Positions 19,858 to 33,237 of a stretch of 64,000 nucleotides of DNA are shown here, piece by piece. The stretch's first letter is position 1. The number at the start of each line of letters is the position of its first letter. Both the position numbers and the translations under genes were made by a program. The notes below the pieces were generated by a model. That model ran no database searches and was not told the origin of the DNA. It worked only from the letters and a program-made list of their open reading frames with translations. This DNA is from Verrucomicrobiota bacterium (GTDB lineage Bacteria; Verrucomicrobiota; Verrucomicrobiia; Opitutales; Coraliomargaritaceae), in NCBI GenBank assembly GCA_039815375.1, contig JBCBZJ010000017.1, positions 1 through 64,000 of the forward strand, read 5' to 3'.

Positions 19858-20502
19858 ATGAACGTAGCCCTACTTGGTAAAAAGATAGGAATGACTCAGG
19901 TATTCGACGATGATAATCGTCTAGTGCCTGTTACAGTCATTGAAGCAGGACCCTGTCCAGTCACGCAGGTGAAGTCCACAGAGAAGGATGGTTACGATGC
20001 CGTGCAAATCGGCTATCGTCCTCAAAAAGAGCACCGCCTCTCCAAGGCAGCACTGGGTCACTTTAAGAAAGCAGGCGTCGAGCCCATGGCTGAACTCCAG
20101 GAGTTCCGCACTAATGGCGATACCGAACTTAACGTTGGCGATGTGCTGACTGTTGAGAAATTCGAGGAAGGCCAGAAGATCGACGTCGTCGGCACGTCCA
20201 AGGGTCGCGGTTTCCAAGGTGTTGTGAAGCGCTACGGTTTTGCCGGTGGTCCTGCCTCCCACGGTTCCATGTTCCACCGTCGCGGTGGTTCTTATGGTAT
20301 GTGCCAATGGCCGGGTCACGTGATCAAGGGCAAAAAAATGCCGGGCCATATGGGTGATGTGCGCCGCACGGTGCAGAACCTTCAAATCGTCAAGGTCGTT
20401 GCCGAGAAGAACCTAATCCTGATCAAGGGTAGTGTTCCCGGTTCTCGTGGCAGCCTTGTTACAGTCCGCACTGCGGTTAAGAAAAAAGCCTCCAAGGCAT
20501 AA
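19858..20502 (+). CDS. rplC: 50S ribosomal protein L3
   Basis: GKKIGMTQVF, KGRGFQG, KKMPGHMG. Confidence 0.98.
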   Translation: MNVALLGKKIGMTQVFDDDNRLVPVTVIEAGPCPVTQVKSTEKDGYDAVQIGYRPQKEHRLSKAALGHFKKAGVEPMAELQEFRTNGDTELNVGDVLTVEKFEEGQKIDVVGTSKGRGFQGVVKRYGFAGGPASHGSMFHRRGGSYGMCQWPGHVIKGKKMPGHMGDVRRTVQNLQIVKVVAEKNLILIKGSVPGSRGSLVTVRTAVKKKASKA

Positions 20503-20523
20503 CGCAGGAAAGGAAACGATACG

Positions 20524-21162
20524 ATGAAACTAAAGGTATTTACAGCTGACGGGTCTAAGAGCGAAGAGAAAGAGTTCGCCAATTTCCCGGCTTTCGATGG
20601 TGACAAGGGTGTCGCCGCTGTTCGTCAGGTCGTGATTGCGCACCAGGCTAACAAGCGTCAAGGCAATGCCTCAACCAAGACCCGTGCCGAGGTAGCCGGT
20701 TCCGGTAAGAAGCTTTTCCGCCAAAAAGGCAGCGGCACCGCTCGTCAGGGCACACGTCGCGTTCCTCACCAGCGTCATGGTGGTGTAGCCCACGGCCCGA
20801 AGCCTCGCGATTACTCCCAGAAGATCAATCGCAAGATGAAGGCGCTTGCTTTCCAACGCGCTCTTTTTGACCGTGCATCCGGTGGTGGCCTTTCCGTTAT
20901 CGAGGCTCTCGAGGTGAAGGAGCCAAAGACAAAGCTCTTCAATCAGGTGCTCACTTCCGTGCTTCCGGAGCGCGGCAAGGTCCTGATTGTTGACGACCAA
21001 TTTGAAAACAATGCCGCTTTGGCTGCTCGCAACATTGAGGGAGTGTCCCTTTCTGAGGCCGGCGATCTCAGCACACTCGATGTCGTGCGTTACCGTCACA
21101 TCATCGTTAGTTCCAAGGGCATCGAAACCATTATCGCACGTGCGAACGGAGGTGAATCCTAA
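20524..21162 (+). CDS. rplD: 50S ribosomal protein L4
   Basis: KTRAEV, RQKGSGTAR, GPKPRDY. Confidence 0.98.
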   Translation: MKLKVFTADGSKSEEKEFANFPAFDGDKGVAAVRQVVIAHQANKRQGNASTKTRAEVAGSGKKLFRQKGSGTARQGTRRVPHQRHGGVAHGPKPRDYSQKINRKMKALAFQRALFDRASGGGLSVIEALEVKEPKTKLFNQVLTSVLPERGKVLIVDDQFENNAALAARNIEGVSLSEAGDLSTLDVVRYRHIIVSSKGIETIIARANGGES

Positions 21163-21452
21163 TGATTTCTGCAGATAAAATCCTACTCGAATACCGTGTT
21201 ACGGAAAAAGCTGCGAACCTCGCAGCCAACCTCAATCAATACACCTTCGAAGTTACACCGAGCGCCAACCGCAAGGAAGTTGCCCGCGCAGTAGCTAAGG
21301 TGTTCAACGTCGAGGTGACTAACGTCAATATTCTCAACAAGAAGCCTAAGCTCAAGGTCGACCGCACGCGTCGCGGCCGCCCCGGCACCAAGGGTGGCCA
21401 CAAGAAGGCTATCGTTACACTCAAGGAGGGCGACAAGATCGAACTCGTCTAA
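21162..21452 (+). CDS. rplW: 50S ribosomal protein L23
   Basis: TEKA, KKAIVTL; operon position. Confidence 0.97.
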   Translation: MISADKILLEYRVTEKAANLAANLNQYTFEVTPSANRKEVARAVAKVFNVEVTNVNILNKKPKLKVDRTRRGRPGTKGGHKKAIVTLKEGDKIELV

Positions 21453-21473
21453 GACACGAAGGGACCAGCTATC

Positions 21474-22319
21474 ATGCCACTCACAGATTCCAGACCTTTG
21501 ACACCGGGCCAGCGCTTCCTCGTTCGCAACAAGCAGAACGTGTCGAAGAAGAAACCCGAGCGTCGCCTCACCATCAAGATTCACGACAAGAAAGGCCGTA
21601 ACTGTTATGGCCGTATCACTTCTCGTCGCCGTGGCGGTGGTCACAAGAAGGCTTACCGCATCATCGACTTTCGTCGCGATAAAATCGACATACCTGCCAA
21701 GGTTCAGGCGATTGAGTATGATCCGAATCGCACTGCAAACTTGGCACTACTTGCTTATGCCGACGGTGAGAAACGCTACATCCTTGCGCCTCGTGGTGTA
21801 AAGGAAGGCGACACACTTCTCAGTGTGAACGAGCGCGTTGAGTTTTCACCGGGCTATAGCCTGCCGCTTGCGATCATTCCGCCTGCCACGAAGATCCACG
21901 CAATCGAGCTTCACCCTGGACGTGGTGCACAAATCGCGCGTTCTGCGGGTCAGGCAGCACAGCTTGTTTCTGTTGATGGTGAACGTGCCACCGTGAAGCT
22001 TCCTTCTGGTGAAATTCGTTACCTAAATTCACGTTGCCGCGCCACAATTGGTGAAGTTGGCAATCATGAGCACCAGAACCAAAGCCTCGGTAAGGCGGGC
22101 CGCAATCGCTGGCTCGGTCGTCGCCCACGCGTTCGTGGTGTTGCGATGAATCCCGTCGATCACCCAATGGGTGGTGGTGAGGGCCGCACCTCCGGTGGTG
22201 GTCACCCGCAGTCTCCATGGGGCCAGCTCTCGAAGGGCTTCCCGACTCGTAAGAAAGCTAACCCAACCAATTCGCAGATCGTTGTCCGTCGCAACGGCCG
22301 TCAATTGAAGAAGAAGTAA
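21474..22319 (+). CDS. rplB: 50S ribosomal protein L2
   Basis: [24 protein letters not shown]. Confidence 0.99.
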   Translation: MPLTDSRPLTPGQRFLVRNKQNVSKKKPERRLTIKIHDKKGRNCYGRITSRRRGGGHKKAYRIIDFRRDKIDIPAKVQAIEYDPNRTANLALLAYADGEKRYILAPRGVKEGDTLLSVNERVEFSPGYSLPLAIIPPATKIHAIELHPGRGAQIARSAGQAAQLVSVDGERATVKLPSGEIRYLNSRCRATIGEVGNHEHQNQSLGKAGRNRWLGRRPRVRGVAMNPVDHPMGGGEGRTSGGGHPQSPWGQLSKGFPTRKKANPTNSQIVVRRNGRQLKKK

Positions 22320-22333
22320 TTCACTGATTAATC

Positions 22334-22597
<264 letters not shown>

Positions 22598-22617
22598 TTT
22601 CATTTTCTGATTTCGCC

Positions 22618-22989
22618 ATGCAATCTTTCGCACAACGTTTCACCAAGCTGCTCGGCCTGTTCCTACTCGGAGCGATCTTCCTTGCCGGTGTTGTGCGTGC
22701 GGATGTGCCTGGCTTCGTCAAGGAAAGCTTTTACAGCTCTAATGCGGCTCCGGTTACCAAGGTCATTCCTTCACTCGCAGCAGATGTCGTCATTCTTGAC
22801 GGTGGTCTCGAGCAAGGTCTCCGCCTCGGCATGGTATGCCGTGTTGTTCGAGGCTTCGAAGAAGTCGGCGAGCTTATCATCATCGAATCCAAAACGGATC
22901 GTTCTGCAGGACTTATCCTCGAACTCTCCGAAGACTCTTTCATTCAAGCGGGTGATATTGCCCGGATTAAAACACTTCAAAACAGCTGA
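22618..22989 (+). CDS. Hypothetical exported small beta protein (FlgT C-terminal-like pattern) inserted in the S10 operon
   Basis: Signal-peptide-like N-terminus; VVILDGGLEQGLRLGM...GELIII...IQAGD; fills the rpsS-rplV gap. Confidence 0.75.
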   Translation: MQSFAQRFTKLLGLFLLGAIFLAGVVRADVPGFVKESFYSSNAAPVTKVIPSLAADVVILDGGLEQGLRLGMVCRVVRGFEEVGELIIIESKTDRSAGLILELSEDSFIQAGDIARIKTLQNS

Positions 22990-22994
22990 TTACC

Positions 22995-23330
22995 ATGCAG
23001 GTCCAAGCTTACACAAAATACGCACGTATGTCGCCCCGTAAGGTGCGCGAGATCACCAAGGCCATTCAGGGCCGCAACGCTGCCGAGGCGGTTGAAGTTC
23101 TTCGCTTCATCCCACGCAAGTCGGCACGCCTCGTGAGCAAGACACTCCAGTCTGCCATCGCGAATGCGGAGAATAACAACAACCTTTCCTCCGACTCTCT
23201 TATTATCGAGTCGGCCACAGTCGAAGAAGGTCCGGCTTTCCGTCGCTTCCGCCCCGCTGCACGTGGCTCTGCCCACCCTTACAAGAAGCGTACTAGCAAC
23301 ATCCGCATCATCCTCTCCGACGAGGCATAA
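22995..23330 (+). CDS. rplV: 50S ribosomal protein L22
   Basis: RMSPRKVR, SAIANAENN, PAARGSA. Confidence 0.98.
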   Translation: MQVQAYTKYARMSPRKVREITKAIQGRNAAEAVEVLRFIPRKSARLVSKTLQSAIANAENNNNLSSDSLIIESATVEEGPAFRRFRPAARGSAHPYKKRTSNIRIILSDEA

Positions 23331-23350
23331 GCATTTAGATCTTTTACATT

Positions 23351-23983
23351 ATGGGACAAAAAACTCATCCAACCGGTTTTCGCCTGGCAGTCACACGTGA
23401 CTGGGACTCCCGCTGGTATGCAGGTAAGAAAGACTTTCCTGCCTACATCAAGGAAGACCACACTATTCGCACCTTCCTGACTGAGAGGCTCCGTTATGCT
23501 TCTGTGCCCCGTATCTTCATCGAGCGCGCCTCTGGTCGTGTCCGGGTCAAGATCTTCACTGCTCGCCCGGGTGTTGTTATCGGTCGTAAGGGACAGGAGC
23601 TCGACAAGCTCAAGGCTCAGCTCAACAAAAAAGTCGGCAAGGACATCATGCTCGATATTCAGGAGGTCAAGCGTCCTGATCTCTCCGGCCAGCTTGTCGC
23701 AGAAAACGTTGCGCTCCAGCTTGAGCGTCGTATCGCCTTCCGCCGCGCTATGAAGCGTGCGGTCCAAACCACCATGGCGATGGGTGCCGACGGTATCCGT
23801 ATCCAGGTTTCCGGTCGTCTCGGTGGTGCTGATATCGCTCGGACCGAGCAGCAGCGTCAGGGCCGTGTGCCTCTCCAAACACTTCGTGCCAAGATCGACT
23901 ACGGCTTTTCCGAAGCGAGCACCGTTTACGGGATCATCGGAGTGAAGTGCTGGATCTGCCTTCCTGACGACGACGACGCATAA
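23351..23983 (+). CDS. rpsC: 30S ribosomal protein S3
   Basis: MGQKTHPTGFRL, GRVPLQTLRA. Confidence 0.98.
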   Translation: MGQKTHPTGFRLAVTRDWDSRWYAGKKDFPAYIKEDHTIRTFLTERLRYASVPRIFIERASGRVRVKIFTARPGVVIGRKGQELDKLKAQLNKKVGKDIMLDIQEVKRPDLSGQLVAENVALQLERRIAFRRAMKRAVQTTMAMGADGIRIQVSGRLGGADIARTEQQRQGRVPLQTLRAKIDYGFSEASTVYGIIGVKCWICLPDDDDA

Positions 23984-24020
23984 TTTAAACAGATTTTCTT
24001 AACTCTTTACTCAGCGAACA

Positions 24021-24437
<417 letters not shown>

Positions 24438-24466
24438 ACCAATTTTCAATTTAAACACTATTTACC

Positions 24467-24670
24467 ATGAGCACAAAAGATATTCGTGAAATGTCCGAAG
24501 CTGAGATTGAAAAGCAGCTCCGCGATACCCGTGACGCTCAAGTCGATCTCCGTATGCGCAAGCAAACCGGTCAAGTCGAACACCCACATCAATTCAAGGA
24601 AATGCGCCGTCAGATCGCACGTCTTGAAACCATCCTCAAAGAAAAGAAGTTGGCCGCAGTCAGCGCTTAA
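24467..24670 (+). CDS. rpmC: 50S ribosomal protein L29
   Basis: RRQIARLETIL; operon position. Confidence 0.95.
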   Translation: MSTKDIREMSEAEIEKQLRDTRDAQVDLRMRKQTGQVEHPHQFKEMRRQIARLETILKEKKLAAVSA

Positions 24671-24690
24671 ATTTTTAGCCGATCACCCAT

Positions 24691-24972
24691 ATGGAAGCCG
24701 TCGCTACACGTAATTCTCGTAAGTCCCTTGTTGGAACTGTCTCCAGCCGTTCCGGCGACAAGACCATTAAGGTTACTTACTCCTACAAAGTTCCACATCC
24801 GCTTTATAAAAAGGAAATTAAGCGTAAAACGGTGGTGCATGCTCATGATGAAGCGAACGAGTGTGGACTCGGTGACAAGGTGGAGATCATGGAAACTCGT
24901 CCGCTCAGCAAGCTGAAGCGCTGGCGTGTTACCCGTGTGCTTGAAGTCGCGCCAAAGCTTGGTGGTGAGTAA
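24691..24972 (+). CDS. rpsQ: 30S ribosomal protein S17
   Basis: [17 protein letters not shown]. Confidence 0.97.
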   Translation: MEAVATRNSRKSLVGTVSSRSGDKTIKVTYSYKVPHPLYKKEIKRKTVVHAHDEANECGLGDKVEIMETRPLSKLKRWRVTRVLEVAPKLGGE

Positions 24973-25019
24973 TCCAGGTAAACGCATTTCGATTTTTCTA
25001 TAATAAGGAGACTTTAGTT

Positions 25020-25382
25020 ATGATTCAGATGAACAGCCGCGTTTTCGTCGCGGATAACACAGGAGCCAAGTCTGCGGAGATGATCCGCCGCCTTGGGCAG
25101 AACAAGCGCAGCGCCGATGTCGGTGATGTCGTGGTTTGTGCTGTCAAAGAAGCTTCGACGGATGCATCCGTAAAGAAGGGCGACGTGGTTCGCGCTGTTG
25201 TGGTCCGCACCAAGGCACCCGTTCGTCGTGGAGATGGAAGTTATCTTCGTTTCGACAACAACGCTGTCGTTATTATCAATCCGGATGGTAATCCGAAAGG
25301 CACTCGCATCTTTGGACCGGTCGCTCGTGAGCTCCGGGCCAAGTATATGAAGATCATCTCACTCGCACCGGAGGTTCTCTAA
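25020..25382 (+). CDS. rplN: 50S ribosomal protein L14
   Basis: [26 protein letters not shown]. Confidence 0.98.
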   Translation: MIQMNSRVFVADNTGAKSAEMIRRLGQNKRSADVGDVVVCAVKEASTDASVKKGDVVRAVVVRTKAPVRRGDGSYLRFDNNAVVIINPDGNPKGTRIFGPVARELRAKYMKIISLAPEVL

Positions 25383-25383
25383 C

Positions 25384-25626
25384 ATGGCACAAGCAATCAA
25401 ACGTGAACAGGAAGTCGTCGTCATCTCCGGCTCCCACAAGGGCAAGCGCGGCAAGGTTCTTGAAGTGAAGGCTCCGAACAAGGTCCTTATCGAAGGCGTT
25501 AACCTCATTACCAAATATGAGCGTAAGTCTCAGGATAATCCCGAAGGCGGCTCCGTCGAAAAGGAAGTTCCGATTCACTACTCCAACGTTATGCTCGCAG
25601 AAAAGTATGACGCGAAGAGCAAATAA
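25384..25626 (+). CDS. rplX: 50S ribosomal protein L24 (short form)
   Basis: VVVISGSHKGKRGKV KOW motif, PIHYSNV. Confidence 0.95.
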   Translation: MAQAIKREQEVVVISGSHKGKRGKVLEVKAPNKVLIEGVNLITKYERKSQDNPEGGSVEKEVPIHYSNVMLAEKYDAKSK

Positions 25627-25728
25627 GCGCTTGCCAGCCGAAACAAGAAAGCCAGTTTCACGCTCTTTTTTCTCACACTCATCGATAACCATTAGCTAAT
25701 CGGGTTAGAAATCCGATTACCAAGAACG

Positions 25729-26337
25729 ATGTCCAACGCACTACTCAAGAAACTTTACACCGAACAGGTGATACCCGAACTCAAGAAGAAGTTCGGTTAT
25801 GCAAATGCGCACCAGATTCCTGCGGTCAAGAAGATCGTCATTAACTCTGGTTTCGCTGCCACCGCAGACAAAAACCATATCACCTACGTGACCGAAGAAA
25901 TCGGCAAGATTGCCGGTCAGCGTCCAGTGACCACCAAGGCGAAGCTCAGTATCTCGAATTTCAAGCTCCGTGAAGGACAGCCCATCGGCTGCAAGGTCAC
26001 ACTCCGTGGAGAAGCCATGTATGACTTCATGATGCGCCTTATCAATATCGCGCTTCCTTGTATTCGTGACTTCCGTGGTGTGCCTGCCAAGTTCGATGGT
26101 CAGGGCAACTACACACTCGGTGTTGGCGACCACACGATTTTCCCTGAAGTCAGCGCCGAAGGCACTACTGCTACAATCGGTATGGACATCTCCTTCGCGA
26201 CCAGCGCGGCTACCGATGAAGAGGGCCGCGAGCTCCTTCGTCTCTTCGGCATGCCTTTCCGTAAGTCCAGCTCCGAAATCGAAGCTGAAGAGAGCGCCGA
26301 AGCTCCTGCTGCAGAAACTGAAGAAGCCACCGCTTAA
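25729..26337 (+). CDS. rplE: 50S ribosomal protein L5
   Basis: FKLREG, RDFRG, FDGQGNYTLG. Confidence 0.98.
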   Translation: MSNALLKKLYTEQVIPELKKKFGYANAHQIPAVKKIVINSGFAATADKNHITYVTEEIGKIAGQRPVTTKAKLSISNFKLREGQPIGCKVTLRGEAMYDFMMRLINIALPCIRDFRGVPAKFDGQGNYTLGVGDHTIFPEVSAEGTTATIGMDISFATSAATDEEGRELLRLFGMPFRKSSSEIEAEESAEAPAAETEEATA

Positions 26338-26358
26338 TTTTACGACCCAGGACACACC

Positions 26359-26664
26359 ATGGCTAAAAAATCCGCAATCCAACGCAACCTCAAGCGCGAG
26401 CGCATGATCGAGAAATATGCGAACAAGCGCAAGGAGCTGAAGGCAATCCTGACTAATCCGGAAACCTCTGATGAGGAATTCTATGAGGCTCAGGCAAAGC
26501 TGACCAAGCTTCCCAAAAACAGCTCTCCCATCCGCGCCCGCAACCGCTGCTCTGTCACCGGTCGTCCTCGCGCGTTCATCCGCAAGTTCGGTCTTTCCCG
26601 TATCACATTCCGTGAGCTCGCCACCCAAGGCAAGATTCCCGGTGTGACCAAATCCTCTTGGTAA
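26359..26664 (+). CDS. rpsN: 30S ribosomal protein S14 (long form without zinc ribbon)
   Basis: [20 protein letters not shown]. Confidence 0.97.
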   Translation: MAKKSAIQRNLKRERMIEKYANKRKELKAILTNPETSDEEFYEAQAKLTKLPKNSSPIRARNRCSVTGRPRAFIRKFGLSRITFRELATQGKIPGVTKSSW

Positions 26665-26708
26665 GCACCGCGCTTACTCATTACTGAAAACCCAGCAGTT
26701 TAAATACT

Positions 26709-27107
26709 ATGGCAGTTCACGACACAATCGGCGATTTCCTCACCATCATCCGCAACGCCAGCATGGCGCGCAAGGATGCCTGCACCACGCAGCACTCCAA
26801 AATGCGTGCAGCTATTGCAGCAATCCTCAAGGATGAAGGTTATATTAACGACTTCAGCGAAGGCGAAGATGAAAAGGGCTTCAAAACCCTTACCGTTTCT
26901 CTCAAGTTCGTTGGCAGCACCCCGGCTATCACCGGAATCGAGCGTCACAGCACACCGGGCCGCCGTCTCTACTACGGTGTCCGTGAGATTCCGCGCGTTC
27001 TTGGTGGTCTTGGTGTAGCGATCCTCACAACTTCCAAAGGCGTGATGCGCGCCCGCGATGCCCGCGAAGCAGGTGTCGGTGGTGAGCTCGTCTGCAAGGT
27101 CTGGTAA
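26709..27107 (+). CDS. rpsH: 30S ribosomal protein S8
   Basis: DFLTIIRNA, STPGRRLY, GGELVC. Confidence 0.98.
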   Translation: MAVHDTIGDFLTIIRNASMARKDACTTQHSKMRAAIAAILKDEGYINDFSEGEDEKGFKTLTVSLKFVGSTPAITGIERHSTPGRRLYYGVREIPRVLGGLGVAILTTSKGVMRARDAREAGVGGELVCKVW

Positions 27108-27123
27108 TAAGAAAGGAACTACG

Positions 27124-27660
27124 ATGAGCAGAATTGGTAAACTTCCCGTCCCCGTCCTCGACAAGGCAACTGTAGCTGTCGATGGTCAGACCGTTCGTGT
27201 CGAAGGCCCGAAGGGTAAACTCGAAAAGACTTTTGACAGCGCCGTGAATATCGAACTCGCCGAAGGCGAAGTCCGTGTCACCCCGGCAAACAGCAGCCGT
27301 CACGCTCGCGCGATGTATGGCACTGCACGCTCCATCATTAACAACATGGTGGTTGGTGTAGTCGAAGGCTATAAGAAGGAGCTGGAGCTTAAGGGTGTTG
27401 GTTTTCGCGGCGCACTTAAGGGCAACGTTCTCGATATGGCACTTGGCAAGTCTCACCCGTGCATGATCGATATACCTGAGGGTATCACTGTGACTGTGAA
27501 GGAAAATACAAAGATCACGGTCGAAGGTGCGGACAAGCAGATGGTTGGCGAAATCACCGCCTCTATCTTCGCATTCTATCCGGCCGAGCCTTACAAGGGC
27601 AAGGGCGTCCACATCGTTGGTAAGTATGTCCGCCGTAAGGAGGGCAAGAAGTCCGCTTAA
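27124..27660 (+). CDS. rplF: 50S ribosomal protein L6
   Basis: MSRIGKLP, EPYKGKG; true start at 27124. Confidence 0.97.
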   Translation: MSRIGKLPVPVLDKATVAVDGQTVRVEGPKGKLEKTFDSAVNIELAEGEVRVTPANSSRHARAMYGTARSIINNMVVGVVEGYKKELELKGVGFRGALKGNVLDMALGKSHPCMIDIPEGITVTVKENTKITVEGADKQMVGEITASIFAFYPAEPYKGKGVHIVGKYVRRKEGKKSA

Positions 27661-27681
27661 TATTAGCTGAGGCCAAAAGAA

Positions 27682-28038
<357 letters not shown>

Positions 28039-28045
28039 GAAATAA

Positions 28046-28573
28046 ATGAGCACACAAAAAAGATCATTTTCCCCGGTAGACAAAGCCGAAGAAGCCCCTG
28101 AATACGTTGAGAAGGTTGTTCACATCAACCGTTGTGCAAAGGTTGTGAAGGGTGGTCGCCGCTTCAGCTTCGCAGCACTTGTCGTCGTCGGTAATCAGAA
28201 GGGTGAAGTTGGCGTCGGCTATGGCAAGGCTAAGGAAGTTCCCGAGTGTATCCGCAAGGGCACCGAACAAGCCAAGAAGAATCTCGTCGAGATCAAGCTA
28301 CGCGGCGACACAATCCCGCACCACGTCCTCGGCGAAGCTGACGGTGGTAAGGTTCTCCTTCGCCCGGCATCGGACGGAACCGGAGTGATCGCTGGTGGCG
28401 GCTGCCGCGCAGTGCTTGAGTCCGTTGGCATTAAAAATATTCTCTCCAAGTCCCTCGGTTCGAACAACCACCTGGCTATGGTCAACGCTACTATGGCGGC
28501 GCTCAAGCAACTCCGTTCCAACGAGGAAATCCAGAACGTTCGCTTCGGCGACAAAGTGGCTTCTGAAGCCTAA
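28046..28573 (+). CDS. rpsE: 30S ribosomal protein S5
   Basis: [19 protein letters not shown]. Confidence 0.98.
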   Translation: MSTQKRSFSPVDKAEEAPEYVEKVVHINRCAKVVKGGRRFSFAALVVVGNQKGEVGVGYGKAKEVPECIRKGTEQAKKNLVEIKLRGDTIPHHVLGEADGGKVLLRPASDGTGVIAGGGCRAVLESVGIKNILSKSLGSNNHLAMVNATMAALKQLRSNEEIQNVRFGDKVASEA

Positions 28574-28585
28574 GGATCCCAAAAC

Positions 28586-29077
28586 ATGAATCTCGAAAAA
28601 ATTCCCACCATCCAAGGTGCCACCCACCCGACCAAGCGTCTCGGACGCGGCGAGGGAAGTGGTCACGGCAAGACTTGTGGCAAGGGCCACAAGGGGCAGA
28701 AGGCTCGTTCCGGCGGCGGTATCCGTGTCGGTTTCGAAGGCGGTCAGATGCCTCTTTACCGTAAGCTTCCGCGTCGTGGCTTTAATAACTTTAACTTCCG
28801 CACGACTTACCAGACCGTTAATGTGAGCGAACTTGAGCGCGTCGAAGGTGATACCGTCAACCGTGAGTCTCTCGTTAGCGCGGGCCTGATTCGTGACAAT
28901 GACAAGGGTATCAAGCTTTTGGGTGACGGTGAAGTCTCCAAGGCATTCACCGTTGAAGTTGATAAGGTGTCCGGTTCCGCAAAGTCGAAGATCGAGGCTG
29001 CAGGCGGTAAGATCGTCGAAGCTGCAGCTGAAGAGGCTCCTGCTGAAGAGGTTGCTGAAGAAAAGGAAGACACATAA
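28586..29077 (+). CDS. rplO: 50S ribosomal protein L15
   Basis: GRGEGSG, GFEGGQMPLYRKLP. Confidence 0.98.
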   Translation: MNLEKIPTIQGATHPTKRLGRGEGSGHGKTCGKGHKGQKARSGGGIRVGFEGGQMPLYRKLPRRGFNNFNFRTTYQTVNVSELERVEGDTVNRESLVSAGLIRDNDKGIKLLGDGEVSKAFTVEVDKVSGSAKSKIEAAGGKIVEAAAEEAPAEEVAEEKEDT

Positions 29078-29115
29078 TCCGATTCTAAACGGATCGGCCT
29101 AAAGGGCTATCACGG

Positions 29116-30630
<1,515 letters not shown>

Positions 30631-30731
30631 ACTGAGTTCGTGCCGGTTGATTTTCCCGAAGACGATTCTGATTTACGGAAACCGTTTCGCCTTCGAATCC
30701 GTTCTTTGATCCAAGATACCTACACAGACCG

Positions 30732-31499
30732 ATGAAATACATTCGTTCCGACGAAGAAATTGAGTCGATCCGTGAAGCCTGTGTGGTCGCAGCGACAGTT
30801 TTGAAGAAGCTTGTCGATTCGACCGAGGAGGGTATCACCACCTATGATCTGGACCAACTTGGTCGCAAAGAGATCGAATTGCTCGGTGCCGAGAGTGCCT
30901 GTTATGGTTATCGCTCCGGAAACAGTGTTTTCCCTGCCTACACTTGTATCTCGGTTAACGACGAGATCGTGCACGGCATCGGCAGCATGAAGCGTGTCAT
31001 CAAGTCTGGAGATGCAGTATCGCTCGATGTCGTTGTTCGCCATAAGGGTTATATTGGCGACAACGCGACTACCATTCTCATTGAACCGATTGCGAAAGAG
31101 ACTGCTGACTTGATTACTGCGACAAAAGAATCTCTCGACTATGCAATTACCTTTGCCCGTGCAGGTAATCGAGTAGGGGACATTTCCAATGCGGTCGAGC
31201 GCTTTATCAAACGCCACAATTATGGCATTGTCCGTGAATTCGTTGGTCACGGCGTCGGCAAGACGATGCACGAAGCCCCCCAGATTCCGAATTTTGGTCG
31301 TCGCGGTAGTGGAACTCTCCTCAAACCCGGTATGGCACTCGCCATCGAGCCCATGATCAACCTCGGTACCGGCAAGGTGAAGATGCTTGATGACGGCTGG
31401 ACCGCTGTTACTCAGGACGGCCAACCTTCCGCCCATTTCGAGCACACTGTCCTCGTTACAAATGGGGATCCCGAAATTTTAACAATTCCGAAAAAATAA
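30732..31499 (+). CDS. map: Methionine aminopeptidase type I
   Basis: SVNDEIVHGI, GHGVG, AIEPM, AHFEHT. Confidence 0.97.
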   Translation: MKYIRSDEEIESIREACVVAATVLKKLVDSTEEGITTYDLDQLGRKEIELLGAESACYGYRSGNSVFPAYTCISVNDEIVHGIGSMKRVIKSGDAVSLDVVVRHKGYIGDNATTILIEPIAKETADLITATKESLDYAITFARAGNRVGDISNAVERFIKRHNYGIVREFVGHGVGKTMHEAPQIPNFGRRGSGTLLKPGMALAIEPMINLGTGKVKMLDDGWTAVTQDGQPSAHFEHTVLVTNGDPEILTIPKK

Positions 31500-31572
31500 C
31501 TTTTCAAACTAACTTAAACTGCTATTTTCCACCGCTTTCCTGCATTTCAGCGGGTTCAAAACACTTTTTATT

Positions 31573-31935
31573 ATGCCACGTATCCTTGGAGTTGATATAC
31601 CTGCCAACAAGAAGCTAGAATACTCGCTTCGTTATGTTTATGGCATCGGGCCAACACGCGCGAAGACAGTCGTTGCCGAATCCGGTTTCGATCCGGATCG
31701 TCGTGCCGGTGACCTCAGCGAAGAGGAAGTGAACAAGCTCGCATCCATCATCGCCGACAAGCAATACGTCTGCGAGGGTGACCTCCGTCGTGAGCGCACG
31801 GCCAATCTTAAGCGCCTCTCCGCGATCCGCAGTATCCGTGGCATGCGCCATATGCGCGGTCTCCCTGTCCGTGGCCAACGTACCAAGACCAATGCCCGCA
31901 CACGTAAGGGCGCTGTAAAGCCCGTCCGCAAGTAG
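31573..31935 (+). CDS. rpsM: 30S ribosomal protein S13
   Basis: YGIG, LPVRGQRTKTNARTRKG. Confidence 0.98.
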   Translation: MPRILGVDIPANKKLEYSLRYVYGIGPTRAKTVVAESGFDPDRRAGDLSEEEVNKLASIIADKQYVCEGDLRRERTANLKRLSAIRSIRGMRHMRGLPVRGQRTKTNARTRKGAVKPVRK

Positions 31936-31961
31936 TCCGGCACTGTAAATAGGAATTTCCC

Positions 31962-32501
31962 ATGAGCGAAGAAGAAGTTAAAGCATCTGAAGAAGAAAAA
32001 GTCGCTGTTGCTACAGAAGAAGCAGCTGCTAGCGGTGAGTCTGCTGAATCCAGTGGATCTGCTGAGCCGGAAAAGAAGAAAGAAGAAACCGCAGAGGACC
32101 TTCTCAAAAGCGATCTTGACGGCGTTAAAATTCGCCGTGCCAAAGGCAGCAAGAACATTACCTCCGGTGTGGTCAATGTGCTCGCTACTTTTAACAATAC
32201 CAAGGTCACTTTTACTGATGCTCGTGGCAACGTTATCTCTTGGTCCAGCGCCGGTAAGTGCAACTTCCGTGGTTCACGTAAGTCCACTGCATATGCTGCT
32301 CAAGTCGTCACACAAGACGCCGGCCGCGTTGCCATGTCTCACGGCATGAAGGAAGTCGTCGTTAAGCTCAAAGGTCCAGGTATGGGCCGCGACTCCGCCG
32401 TTCGTGCCCTCCAATCTCTCGGTATGATTGTCACCGAAATTGTTGATGTGACTCCTGTCCCTCACAACGGTTGCCGTTCACCGAAACGTCGTCGCGTCTA
32501 A
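31962..32501 (+). CDS. rpsK: 30S ribosomal protein S11 with acidic N-terminal extension
   Basis: [16 protein letters not shown]. Confidence 0.97.
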   Translation: MSEEEVKASEEEKVAVATEEAAASGESAESSGSAEPEKKKEETAEDLLKSDLDGVKIRRAKGSKNITSGVVNVLATFNNTKVTFTDARGNVISWSSAGKCNFRGSRKSTAYAAQVVTQDAGRVAMSHGMKEVVVKLKGPGMGRDSAVRALQSLGMIVTEIVDVTPVPHNGCRSPKRRRV

Positions 32502-32559
32502 GCTGATTCTGCCAGCCTGACGTATTTCTACAAGTTAGCAGATACAATATAGTAACATT

Positions 32560-33168
<609 letters not shown>

Positions 33169-33237
33169 TCCGGACAGCTTTGTCTCCGGTTAGCCGGTTT
33201 TCACAATTCCCTTTCAACAGTAAATATAGAGCCCATC

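Noticed and set aside
25697..25719. Hairpin before rplE as an S8 operator
   Set aside because: A small stem exists but the S8-binding internal loop is not recognisable
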